Virus record (IMG/VR): IMGVR_UViG_3300045988_127881
DNA length: 64,000 bases
Source: a virus
Direction: 5' to 3' (one strand)
The translations under genes and the position numbers were made by a program. Within the stretch, counting starts at the first letter, position 1. Every line of letters begins with the position of its first letter. Of this stretch, positions 18,593-28,700 are shown piece by piece. The notes under the pieces are model-generated. The model saw nothing but the letters and a program-made list of their open reading frames with translations. It searched no databases and was not told the origin of the DNA.

Positions 18593-18805
18593 ATGACTAT
18601 AATTGCTATTATTTGCGTCCTTATTATTGCAGCTCTCTTTTTCGGGGGTCTCTGGTATATTGCAGCACTCATCATCGGCATTCCGCTCGCCTATGGCTTG
18701 CACAAGCTTCTCATGATGTTCTTCGCTGACTATTTCAAGAAGAAACTTCAGAAATACTGCGAAAAGAAAGGACTGACTTTCGACCTTGACGAACTGCCCG
18801 ACTAA
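18593..18805 (+). CDS. small membrane protein
   Basis: 70 aa with two hydrophobic helices (IIAIICVLIIAALFFGGLWYIAALIIGIPLAYGL). Confidence 0.55.
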   Translation: MTIIAIICVLIIAALFFGGLWYIAALIIGIPLAYGLHKLLMMFFADYFKKKLQKYCEKKGLTFDLDELPD

Positions 18806-18874
18806 ACCTGTGTCGAGAAAAGCCATCACTTGTGTTGTTACAAGTGATGGTACTATTACCAATAAAACCAATTT

Positions 18875-19720
18875 ATGAAAACAACCCTTTATGAAGCATA
18901 CAGGAAAAAATACCCTAACTATGCAGATAAAACCAAAGAAAGGTTCGTAACCTCCACAGGGTGCGATTTTACTTGGGGTAACATGACCAAGTCTAACCTT
19001 TACGACTATGTCAGCTATCTAAAGACGGTCATGGCAAAGTCGTCAGCACGCACAATGTGCGCAATGCTAAAATCTGTCTTGCGCACCTACGAAGATGAGA
19101 TTACGCTACCAAAAAATTGGGAAGATTCCATCTACGTCAAAAAGGAGGCTTCTCAGCAAGTATTCCTCTCCGACGACGAAATCAAAATGGTTTCTAACTA
19201 CAACCCAACAACCGAAAAAGAGCGCATCGTGAAAACAATGTTTCTCTTGGGTTGCCTTACAGGGGCAAGACACTCCGACTTCTTGAAGTTCTCTAAAGCA
19301 AATATCACGCAGGAGGGCTTTTTAAGATACGTGTCCATCAAGACGCACATCGAGGCTATTGTCCCCATAGCACCAATGGTTAACAGGCTGATTGACGACT
19401 TGTCTGCCATCAAAGACACTTCTATGGCCGACACCACATTCAACCGAATATTACGGGATATTTGCCAAAGTGTGGGCATCGACTCCGAATGCACGCTTTA
19501 CAGGAGGGGCGAATTTTCCACGTCCAACAAATGTTGCTTTGTGTCATCACACGCTGCACGCAGGTCTTTCGCCACAAATCTCTACCTTAGAGGGGCTGAC
19601 CTTTACTCCATCTCCAAAATGATGGGACATTCCTCTGTCGACATGACAGCTGGATATATTTGTTGCGGACTACGAAACCTCTCACCCGAAGTTAAAGATT
19701 ACTTTGAACAATTTTGTTGA
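18875..19720 (+). CDS. tyrosine recombinase (short, no arm-binding domain)
   Basis: Catalytic set visible: GARHSD (R), SHAARRSF (HxxR), GHSS (H), AGYI (Y). Preceded by hairpin 18823-18850 and the box. Confidence 0.75.
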   Translation: MKTTLYEAYRKKYPNYADKTKERFVTSTGCDFTWGNMTKSNLYDYVSYLKTVMAKSSARTMCAMLKSVLRTYEDEITLPKNWEDSIYVKKEASQQVFLSDDEIKMVSNYNPTTEKERIVKTMFLLGCLTGARHSDFLKFSKANITQEGFLRYVSIKTHIEAIVPIAPMVNRLIDDLSAIKDTSMADTTFNRILRDICQSVGIDSECTLYRRGEFSTSNKCCFVSSHAARRSFATNLYLRGADLYSISKMMGHSSVDMTAGYICCGLRNLSPEVKDYFEQFC

Positions 19721-19740
19721 ACCATAAACTTATAAACAAT

Positions 19741-20016
19741 ATGTTGACATCAGACCTTAAAGCAAAAGAGGCTATCTACGAGGTCGTAGAGCCTCGCTAT
19801 TTTGAGAAAAGTGTTTCGCTCTCCGAGGAGGACGAGCAAGGTTCTATATACGATTTCTTGAAAGGAATCGGCACAGAAGAATACACTGAATGGCTCGCCG
19901 AGCACGAGAGCGACTACTATTTTCAGGTAGTCCGCGTAGACGGCTCTTTTTACGCTGTCGCCTATGAAGATTATACAACACCTGCATGGGCAGTCGAAAT
20001 AGAACCTGTAAAATAG
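19741..20016 (+). CDS. hypothetical acidic protein
   Basis: In-frame ATG at 19741 within track ORF 19714..20016, with a box-like leader AACCATAAACTTATAAACAAT. Confidence 0.55.
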   Translation: MLTSDLKAKEAIYEVVEPRYFEKSVSLSEEDEQGSIYDFLKGIGTEEYTEWLAEHESDYYFQVVRVDGSFYAVAYEDYTTPAWAVEIEPVK

Positions 20017-20022
20017 TGTAAT

Positions 20023-20403
20023 ATGGACAGACAACTAATGTTTTATTTCGGAACGAACGGGAGCAGTGATTATGTCCCCATTCCTGTTCGAGAGGGGGAC
20101 ATCTTGCCACTTTACCCTGAACACGATGCATGGGAAAATTTAGAACGCACCTTGTCCAATTTAGCAATAAAAAAATATACTTTTTTCCGTGGCTATTTTC
20201 TGGGCACAGAGTGGACACTGTATCTCAAACCATGGTCGGTAGATGATGGAAGATGCGGAAGTTTTACATCTCTATTCTGGGAGGGGGCGCACACCATTGA
20301 AGAAATTGAAGCTTTTATAAAGAAAACTCCATTTTTGCAGCGTCAGTTTAGTAAGCCTATTGATACAAATAGATTTTGGACGGTGAACCATGCTGGCACT
20401 TAA
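20023..20403 (+). CDS. hypothetical protein
   Basis: 126-aa ORF followed by a hairpin terminator. Confidence 0.6.
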   Translation: MDRQLMFYFGTNGSSDYVPIPVREGDILPLYPEHDAWENLERTLSNLAIKKYTFFRGYFLGTEWTLYLKPWSVDDGRCGSFTSLFWEGAHTIEEIEAFIKKTPFLQRQFSKPIDTNRFWTVNHAGT

Positions 20404-20405
20404 AA

Positions 20406-20432
20406 AAGCCCCACCGTCACGGGGTGGGGCTT
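20406..20432 (+). terminator. hairpin terminator (10-bp GC-rich stem)
   Basis: AAGCCCCACC-gtcacgg-GGTGGGGCTT. The T-tract is weak. Confidence 0.55.
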
Positions 20433-20462
20433 ACCACGAGATTTAACTCTCGACTCTTTATC

Positions 20463-20557
20463 TACAATAGTAGAAATTATGCTCATTAGAGCGTTTCAAT
20501 CCTCAACCCTTGATAGGGTTGACAACGCAAAGGTAAGCATAATTTCTACAAGTTGTA
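20463..20557 (+). ncRNA. rod-like structured element (candidate ncRNA)
   Basis: 14-bp perfect stem GTAGAAATTATGCT (20470-83) with AGCATAATTTCTAC (20536-49), extendable by 6 bp. Inside it: nested GCGTT/AACGC and the 7-bp hairpin TCAACCC-ttgata-GGGTTGA. No ORF. Confidence 0.45.
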
Positions 20558-20596
20558 TCAATCAAATCAATTTTATCACTAAAAAAATCAGAAATT

Positions 20597-21178
20597 ATGA
20601 CGACCAATTTATCTTTATCAAAGGTCTTTGACACACTCGTAAAACGCGAAGATGGCATATTGCTTTGCAAACACAGCGAAATCTATTGTGGTGCATTCGG
20701 CTCTCAACTCTGCGATTGGGATATTCTTATCAAAGATGACTACGGCCAGCTTTGTCACCCCAACGAACAACTCAACTATTCTGATGCCTGGTTAGAGGAC
20801 ATGTACGAAAAAGTCGAGCCAGGCGACGAGGACGACGATACGCTCTATATGAACACCGATTTTGGCGAAGATAAAATACCCGTTCGCAAACTTCACGAAA
20901 TCCCATCAGACATATTGCAGACTTTCGTCGATGTCGAACATGGCATCAATCGTGACGAAATCTGCATTACAGACGATGAGGTTTTGCATGGCAAGGTATA
21001 CCAAGCACCATGCTGCATACAGCAGTCGTACCCAAATCGTCCATACGAAGATGCCTTCCTTTTCGTAGGTGAGGACGGAGAAGAAATCTACATCAATCGC
21101 ACATGCCCATTCTTTGAAGATGAAAGCAGAGATGTGTTTGAAGAAATAACAAAAGAGGAATTTGAAACATTCTGCTAA
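20597..21178 (+). CDS. hypothetical acidic protein
   Basis: 193-aa ORF. Confidence 0.65.
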   Translation: MTTNLSLSKVFDTLVKREDGILLCKHSEIYCGAFGSQLCDWDILIKDDYGQLCHPNEQLNYSDAWLEDMYEKVEPGDEDDDTLYMNTDFGEDKIPVRKLHEIPSDILQTFVDVEHGINRDEICITDDEVLHGKVYQAPCCIQQSYPNRPYEDAFLFVGEDGEEIYINRTCPFFEDESRDVFEEITKEEFETFC

Positions 21179-21195
21179 TATTAAAACCGGCAAAC

Positions 21196-21480
21196 ATGAA
21201 CGATAATATTATCACCCAGTTAGGGTACAAAATTGAAATGAGCATTAGCGGTTATTACCGCCTAATGAAAAACAATGAGGTCATCTATGACGACTCTGCC
21301 TGTGACGACCTGAACGAAGATTATGACACCGCATCATCTTTCTTTGAAAGCTACCTTAATGAGTATGCAAAAGTATACGAATATAAAGGGCACAATGTCG
21401 TGGAAGATGAGAAATTCTACCACATCGGAAAAGAGAGCTTCAACAAGTCAGAGTGGACTCTTGACGAAGCAATAGATTAA
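21196..21480 (+). CDS. hypothetical acidic protein
   Basis: 94-aa ORF. Confidence 0.6.
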   Translation: MNDNIITQLGYKIEMSISGYYRLMKNNEVIYDDSACDDLNEDYDTASSFFESYLNEYAKVYEYKGHNVVEDEKFYHIGKESFNKSEWTLDEAID

Positions 21481-21519
21481 GTAACAAACGCTGCGCTATC
21501 GGCATGACGGGCAACTATT

Positions 21520-22026
21520 ATGGCATACTTAAATAAGGCACAGTACGATTACAGGAGAGAGTCGGCAGCAGCACGCAATATCAGTAACGAAGAAATTGCA
21601 GTGCAGAATGGCATGACAGAGAAACAGGCCGAACTTATCAGCGAACTTGCAGCACAACGCCACGAGATGCACTGCAACATAGATAGACTCGTGTGCGACG
21701 GCTCTTATGACAAGATAGGCGAAACACTCGCGTTAACAAACGAAGAGATAAAGATGTCGGGGCTGCCACCCGTATGCGGATTGGACGATTTGTCTCACTG
21801 TCTATCAGAGACAATGGCTTACATCGATATAGACGACCTTGATTTGCTGTTCGAGACTGTACAGTTCCCCGATGATGATGACGAGAGAGAGCAAAAAATC
21901 GCGGAAGAATCCGAGAGAATATATGACGAGTGGGAAAACCTGAATGGCAATATAGAGAAATATCTCGCCATGATTGATAAAAAGTACGGCACTTCTTGGT
22001 GTCCTACTGGTGCTTTGAGGGTCTAA
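21520..22026 (+). CDS. hypothetical acidic protein
   Basis: 168-aa ORF, last plus-strand gene of the island. Confidence 0.65.
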   Translation: MAYLNKAQYDYRRESAAARNISNEEIAVQNGMTEKQAELISELAAQRHEMHCNIDRLVCDGSYDKIGETLALTNEEIKMSGLPPVCGLDDLSHCLSETMAYIDIDDLDLLFETVQFPDDDDEREQKIAEESERIYDEWENLNGNIEKYLAMIDKKYGTSWCPTGALRV

Positions 22027-22041
22027 ATCATCAAAATAAGT

Positions 22042-22068
22042 AACTCGGTGGCCTGCTACCACCGAGTT
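22042..22068. terminator. convergent (bidirectional) terminator hairpin
   Basis: AACTCGGTGG-cctgcta-CCACCGAGTT, between the convergent genes 21520..22026 and 22076..22594. Confidence 0.6.
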
Positions 22069-22075
22069 CCACACT

Positions 22076-22594
22076 TCAACCATTCTGCCTGCGCTTGTGC
22101 TTTACGTAAAGTGGGCAGTCCTTACACGTCAACGGCAAGTAGGTGTGCACAGTCTTTTCCTCCTTGTCCACCTCGTCTTTTTTCATCTGAGTAAGGTCGG
22201 CATATTTCATCAATATGTCTGCACGCTTCGGGTCATTCGCTGGCATCTTGAAAGCTATACGCACAAGTTCGCTCATCACATCTTCCTTGCTCATCTGTCT
22301 GGCGGCATCTATGCTGTCAAATTCTTCCTGTATGGCATTATCCACAGCCTTGCTCGCCTCCTTGTCCGCTTTCTTCTTTGCCTTCATTATGTAGTTGGCA
22401 AAAACCTCCCTGTCTACTATTTCTTTCATTTTTTGCTTGTGCCATTCGTCACTATATGCAGCACCAGGGCCGTATATCAGCACATAGGCATCTTGCTCTT
22501 TCCAGCCCATCAAAGTCAAGTCGGCCATAGCCCTCTCGCGCGCGTCAAGCCCTATTTTGCCGTTTGCGGTCTTAAATCCTTTCGTATAATCCAT
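22076..22594 (-). CDS. terminase small subunit-like protein
   Basis: 172 aa. By-eye resemblance to Terminase_2-type TerS (MSKEDVMSELVRIAFKMP...DPKRADILMKYADLTQM). About 13 kb from TerL. Confidence 0.45.
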   Translation of the reverse strand: MDYTKGFKTANGKIGLDARERAMADLTLMGWKEQDAYVLIYGPGAAYSDEWHKQKMKEIVDREVFANYIMKAKKKADKEASKAVDNAIQEEFDSIDAARQMSKEDVMSELVRIAFKMPANDPKRADILMKYADLTQMKKDEVDKEEKTVHTYLPLTCKDCPLYVKHKRRQNG

Positions 22595-22673
22595 ATTTCA
22601 AAAAATAAAGTAGTACTTTTGTAGCGTCAATCTTCATTGACACCAAAATTTATTGGTTTTTTTTGTTAATAGT

Positions 22674-22702
22674 AGCCCAGGCTAAAAGCCTGGGCTTTTT
22701 TT
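22674..22702. terminator. hairpin at end of tape-measure gene
   Basis: AGCCCAGGC-taaaa-GCCTGGGCT, with a T7 run on the plus strand overlapping the TMP stop. On the minus strand it is followed by the box-like TTAACAAAAAAAACCAAT (reverse complement of 22651-22670). Confidence 0.55.
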
Positions 22703-25700
22703 ATGTCTTAATGCGAACAGCCTTTCCACCATTACCCAATGTCAGCACACTGTTCAAGGCCGATTGTATGTTCTTTGCAGCCTCAGCGTTCGAGCGTGTA
22801 TTAGCTTCTATCAGCTTCGCTTGTTGCACAATGGCATTAAGCTGCTTCAGCTGCTGCTCTGCAAGCACATTCATCTGCGGAAAGGCTACCTCTACCACCT
22901 GTTTAAGCATGTCTCTGCTCATGCTCACATCTGCACGAATGGCGTTGATGTACGACGCAAGCAGCGAACCCGTCTCTTCTGTTAAACCTTTGATTGACGA
23001 CGACATTGACGAAGAACTGCCAGAACTTGACAGCGCACCATCGGTACGTTCATTCACACCATCGCGCACCTTTTTTGAGTCTTCCACAAGCCTTGGCCCT
23101 ACGTTGTCTCGGAAATCCACAATAAGGTCTATCACTTTATTTATAGAGTCGGGGTCATTCAAGTCGTAAGCCGCCTCTACCGCCTTCGACAACTTCTCCA
23201 GTTCTGGCATAATAATAGCTTGCGCAATTACATTCTTCGTTATGGTGTCAAGCAAATCGTTCACGCTGTTCGCAAACACCTCTGCCGCGTCTTGTCCATT
23301 CTTGAAGGCATCAACCAAGGCAGAAGACAAACTATTGGCAAAACTCGTAAAATCAATGCCGTATATTTCTTTAAGCACATTCGATTTGAACTCGTTAATC
23401 TGTTCTGTTATTTCTTCAGCTTGCTTTTGGTAATCATCTGCTTTTGCTTTATCACCACTCTTGCCGTTCCTTTCTGTGTCGGCAGCGTCCAGAAGCTTAT
23501 TCCTTTGCTGAACCAGTAGAGCATATTGAGCACCCAAGGCAGTTATATTCTTTGCCTTGTCATATCCCTCTTTCTTTAGTTCTTCACCATCATCTTTGTA
23601 TTTTTTCTCCATGTGCGGTACGCCGTTTCCACCAAACGTAAATACCATATCATACCTTCTACTTGCCTCTACCATCTGCTTCCCGTCATTTTCACTTATG
23701 CCTTTTAGCATTTCGCTTACATCATTATAACGACCAACGTGGCTCTTTTCGTAATTTGCGGCAAGTTCCTGTGGACTTGTATAAATACCATACTTATTTA
23801 CAATCTTGCCAAAATTTTCGGCTGCACTCCCTGATGTTTCAGATTCATAGGCATACCTTTCAGCCCTTTCGTGGGTTATTGCCCCAAACAAGTTAAAAAA
23901 TGCAGATGCTGCACTTGTGAGAGAAGCAGCACCACCCAAAAAGTCACCACTCAAAAAGCTACCTGCTGCATCAGTTAAGTTTCCACCAACAGCACTTACA
24001 GTTTGGAGACCTTTTGCAAATTTATAAAAAGTAGAAGACTCACCTTTATACACACCTCCAGACATCTCCATAAGATTGTCTGCAATGCTACCTAATTTAG
24101 AAAATTCTTCCGCCACTTTTGAAAATGTATCAGAAGTATCATTTATAAGCTTCAAAAACCTCATGGCGGCGGCCAGGTGTTTCTCGGCGGCCTTCTTCTC
24201 TTTCTTCTTAGTGTCCTCGTCGTCTTTTAATTTTTTATGTTGTTCACTAAGAGAACTATCATTCCCAATCTGTTCGCCATATCTGAACTCAAAATCCTTC
24301 CTTTTCTCTGATGAATTAGCATAATCCACATTAGCTTTCTCGTACTTGGCCTTGTAGTGGTCCACAGACCATTGCGCTGCACCCTTTCTGCCTTCAAGGA
24401 AAAACTTACGGCTCTTAGTCGTATCGTTCTCCTTCTTTTCCTTCTGCTCGTCAAGCTTCTGCAAGTTGTCGTAATAGTCCTTTGCCGACATCTTGCCATC
24501 TTGAAACGCCTTGTCCAAATAGCCCCTTATCGTACTGTACACCGATTGCATGGTCTGTTCCGACATCGACAGCACAGCCTGGAAGAACGTCATGTAGTCG
24601 CTGCCCTTCTGAAATTCCTCCCATTCCAATTTGCCAAGCTCTTCAAGGGCCTGCTTGTTACGCTCGCCAACAAGACGCGCTACCACGTCGGGCGGAAGCT
24701 TCTCGCCCATTTTCTCATTTAGCTTCGCAAATCTGGTTTCAAGTTTTTTTATAAGCTTTTCCTGCGTCTTGTATTCTTTTGTCTCTGGCTTCAAAAAATC
24801 AAGCCGTTCTTTTGCATAATCAAGACTTGTCTTTGTCTCGTCATATTGCGCTTTTAATTCATTATACCCTCGTCCTTGCTCACGAATAGTTGCAACATCT
24901 TTCTGTTTCTTTTTCTCTACCGCATTTACCTTTTCGGCATAGTCTCGCGAACTCTTATACAAATCCGTAAACAGCTTGTCATTCTCACTCTTTATTTCCT
25001 TGTTGGCCTTCTGATAAGCCTCCACCAATTTCAGCACAGGACTGTATGCCTCGGCATTGTACCCATACGCTTTCTTTATCTCTTCCGTGTTCATTCTTAA
25101 CACATCGTCCCATGCTTCCACACCCGAAGGCGTATTGTGAGACATGACAAACCCCAATCTCTCATACATATCGTCCGCCATGTTCGTATGGTCATAATGG
25201 CCGTAGTCTTGACCGAACGCAAACCTTCCAGCGAGTTCTTTCGTAAACCCACCTTCTTGCAGCGTCTTGAATCTCGACCAAGCATCGCCAGCCCTGTCCA
25301 AGGCAGCCTCCAAGGTCTTCACTTGCTCGTCAAGCTTGTCCTTGTCCACTTGGAACGATATGTCAAATTTTTCTCGCTCTATTTCGTCTATCAGCTTTTT
25401 CAGTGCGTCGCTTTTAGGCTTTATGCTGCCCTTCAACTTCACAAGCATCTTCTTATAGGCTGCCACAAATTCCTCTCGGGTCTTTGCGGCATCGGGTATG
25501 AAATCTTTCTTGAACAGACCGCTATCCTTGATTTTATTCAAAGCACCCACGTCGCCATACAAGTCACGAAGCTTCTCAAACACGTCTTTCACACGCTTCA
25601 GCTGGTTGTATTCTTCTTGCTTCTTTTTCTCATATTCTCTTAGCTGCTTCTCTTCTTCTCTTTGTCGCTTTTCCCTGGCTCTTCGCGCTTTTTCCGCAGC

Positions 25701-28700
25701 CTGGTTGTCTTTCTTGTTTAATTTTGCTTCTGTCTCCGACAATGCCCAAGGATTTACTCTTCTGAGTGCTTCCTTGTTCATCTCAATGTTATTCTCTATA
25801 TTCTTTATTAGCTGGTCATTCCTTTTATTCTTCGCTGTTACAGTTTTCAGATACCGCAATCTTTCCGTGTCACGCTCTATGTTCGCCTGCCAGCCTTTTA
25901 TCATTTCGTCTGTGCTCATGGCAGGGTCTGTCGGGCGTAGTAAAAAGTATTTCGCAGAGTCACCTTTTCCAGAAGGAAAGGCCGTGTCAAAAGTCTCTTG
26001 TGCATTACTTTTTACTGCTGTCTGTGGCGTGTTCAGCATATTGAACTGTATACCAATCCTAATCATCAACTCGCTCGATGCAGCATTACACATCTGTCGC
26101 AGCTTAGCCTTGTAACCGTCAAACTGTTGCGGCAACTCGTCTATCATTCTGTTTATGGCTTCCTTTTGCGACTGACTGAAACCCTTCGACAGGTCTTTCC
26201 CCTCAAAGAGCTTCTTCGTCTTTTCTTGCATCAAGTCCATCAGTGCGTCCATCGCTGTGCTTTGCTGCTGCCATGTCGCATCACTCGAGGCCCTATACCT
26301 GCTTTCCATTTCAGCTATCATGGCCTGTGTTTCCTCCGCACCAAGCTTATGAAGGTTCGCATAATCCTGTATGTACGACACCATCTGCATGTGTCCAGCG
26401 TCAGTCAATGCGGTTATTTTCTGACCGTTATTCAATGTTTCGGTCACAACAGCACTCGAGTCGGAGTTTAACTGCGCCATTATGACAGCTGATGCCGAGG
26501 CCATGTCTGCGGCGAACACATCGTATGCTTGCTTGCTATCATGAATAGCATCTGACAGGTCTTCCATAGAACCACCTAATTCAAACTCCCTGGTAGGATG
26601 ATGAGTGGTGTTTGGATATTTCTGATTGAAATCATATATTGACTGCACAAACCCCTTTGAGTCACCAATACCTTTATAATATTCAAGTTCGCGCCTCAAT
26701 TCCGCCAAGTCTTTCTTATATTGACTCGGCCCGTTTTTCTGTTTTAATTTTGCCCAATATGAATCTTGTTCGTTAAACCATTTGTCCATGTCGTCTTGCG
26801 ACACCTTTGCCGACTCTTTCTCCACATCTCGCAGAGATTTAACGTATTCCTTAACGTTCTGATGCAACTGGTCATCTGGTCCCCAGTCGTCTGTCTCGTC
26901 GTCTATCGCGTCCGACACCGATGCGGCATTATACTTTACCTTGTTCGCAGCTTCGGCAGCTTCTTCTGCTATTTTCTTCAGATATTTCAACCTTTTCGCC
27001 ATGTCTGTTATAGAGTCCGCATGGTTCAAGGCAAAATCCACATTTATTGGCGAGTTGCGCAACTGCTCGGTATAGGCGTTCACAAGGTCTGCTATTTGCG
27101 TTTCATTCTTTGAACTTATCGCTATTTCAATCGGGTTCGCGTCAACAAAGTCTTTCAGTTCCTTGTAAGCTTGCTTGAAGCCCTCCATGCTGTCTTTCGC
27201 ATGGTCTTCACGCATGTTCTCGTCTTCCTTGTAGTTCGACCACAAACTAAATGCTGCTGTCAAGGCAAGCATCGGCCACATCGAAACAAGCATCGCTTTG
27301 ATGGCAGAGCCTGCCATAAGGGCAGTATTCCAAATGCCTGTAAGAGCCATTTTTGACTTTGTCCAAAGCATCTTCATTCCAACACCACACTTGGCAAGGC
27401 TAAACGACATCTGATTAAATTCCTTGTTCAGAGCAATCATCTTGGTTCTCCACTGCTCAGCATGAGTTATATACGTCTTTATCCAATCCTTGTCTTTGGC
27501 ACTTATTATCCGCTCACCTGTCTTGGGGTCATATTGCGGTGCGCCCATATATAACGGGGTAAGGCTGGCGGCACTCTGACCCTTCAGTATCAGTCTGCGA
27601 GCCTCTCGGCCAGCCGCTCTCCGCTCTCTGTGCGTCATGCCACTGTACCACGAGCCATCTGCTCTGTAAAAGCCCTGACTGACATTCTTCTTGTTCATCG
27701 CAACAACAAGCTCGTTATACGCCTCAGTCTGTGCTCTAACAGCCATGGTCTGCTGGTTTATCATGGCCGAAGTCGAAGCCGCACGCTGGCTCATAAATGC
27801 AGCCACACGCCCCTTGGCCGCGAGCAAACCGTATGCTGCGACCGCACCAATTATCACGTTTCCGTACAATTTCCAGTTTAATATCGCTTTCGTCAGCAAG
27901 GAAATTGCACCTTTCAACACACCCTTGTTCGATGTCTCTAATTCCGAGTAGGCTATCTCTATACTATCTTTCAGGTTCGACCACTTGCCAGCTACGCTGT
28001 CGCTAAGCTTCTCCTGCATCTTATAAAACTTGCCGCCCTCGCTCGTGTACTTGTCTATTATCTCCTTTACATCTTCAAAGCGCACTTGCTTTTCCGACAC
28101 CATGTTATACACATCGCCTGCCGATATTTGCTGGCCTCTCTCCTTGGTGTATTTGTTGGCCAATTCTTGCACAAGGGGTATACCTGCCTCCGTAAATTGG
28201 CGCAACTCAGGGCCTTTCAAGAACTTTGCAGTAAACACCTGGCCGTAGGCAAGGATTACACGGCCCATGTCCACACCGATACCTGCCGACAAGTCTGCCA
28301 GCCGCTTTGTCGTGTCGTATATGTCTTTATATTCAAATCCGAATGATGCAAGTTGCTTCGTGAAATTCGTCAGTTCACCAAAGGTAAAGGGCGATTGCAC
28401 TGCAAGGTTCTGTATCTTTGAATACATCGTATCGGCCTTCAATTTGCTGCCGAACAAAGCTCCGAGCGCAATCTTCTGCTTTTCAAACTCGCCACCTATC
28501 TGTATCAGATTGTCCAAAAACTGCTTTGCGCCATATATTGAGAATATGTTCTGCAACTGGTCACGGAGCCAGCCGCCTCTGCTGCCAACATTCTGCATCT
28601 CGCTTACAATGTTGCGCAGGTCTCTCGCATATCCGCCAGCATTCAGCTTGCTCAATTTTATGTTCGATGCCACCTTGTCTATCTGACGCATCTTGGCATT

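Larger units (their letters stand above)
10544..18877 (+). repeat. array of single-gene cassettes (hairpin + conserved A/C box + ATG)
   Basis: About 16 intergenic gaps share the same architecture; see findings. Box consensus is AACC(A/C)nnTAAAACCAAT, ending 2-12 nt before the start codon. Confidence 0.7.

Noticed and set aside
10544-18877. Integron-type cassette array
   Set aside because: The hairpins are short perfect stems without the R''/L''-L'/R' organisation or a GTTRRRY core. The conserved element is the A/C box next to the ATG. The recombinase is at the distal end, in the same orientation, and lacks an obvious IntI-specific insertion.
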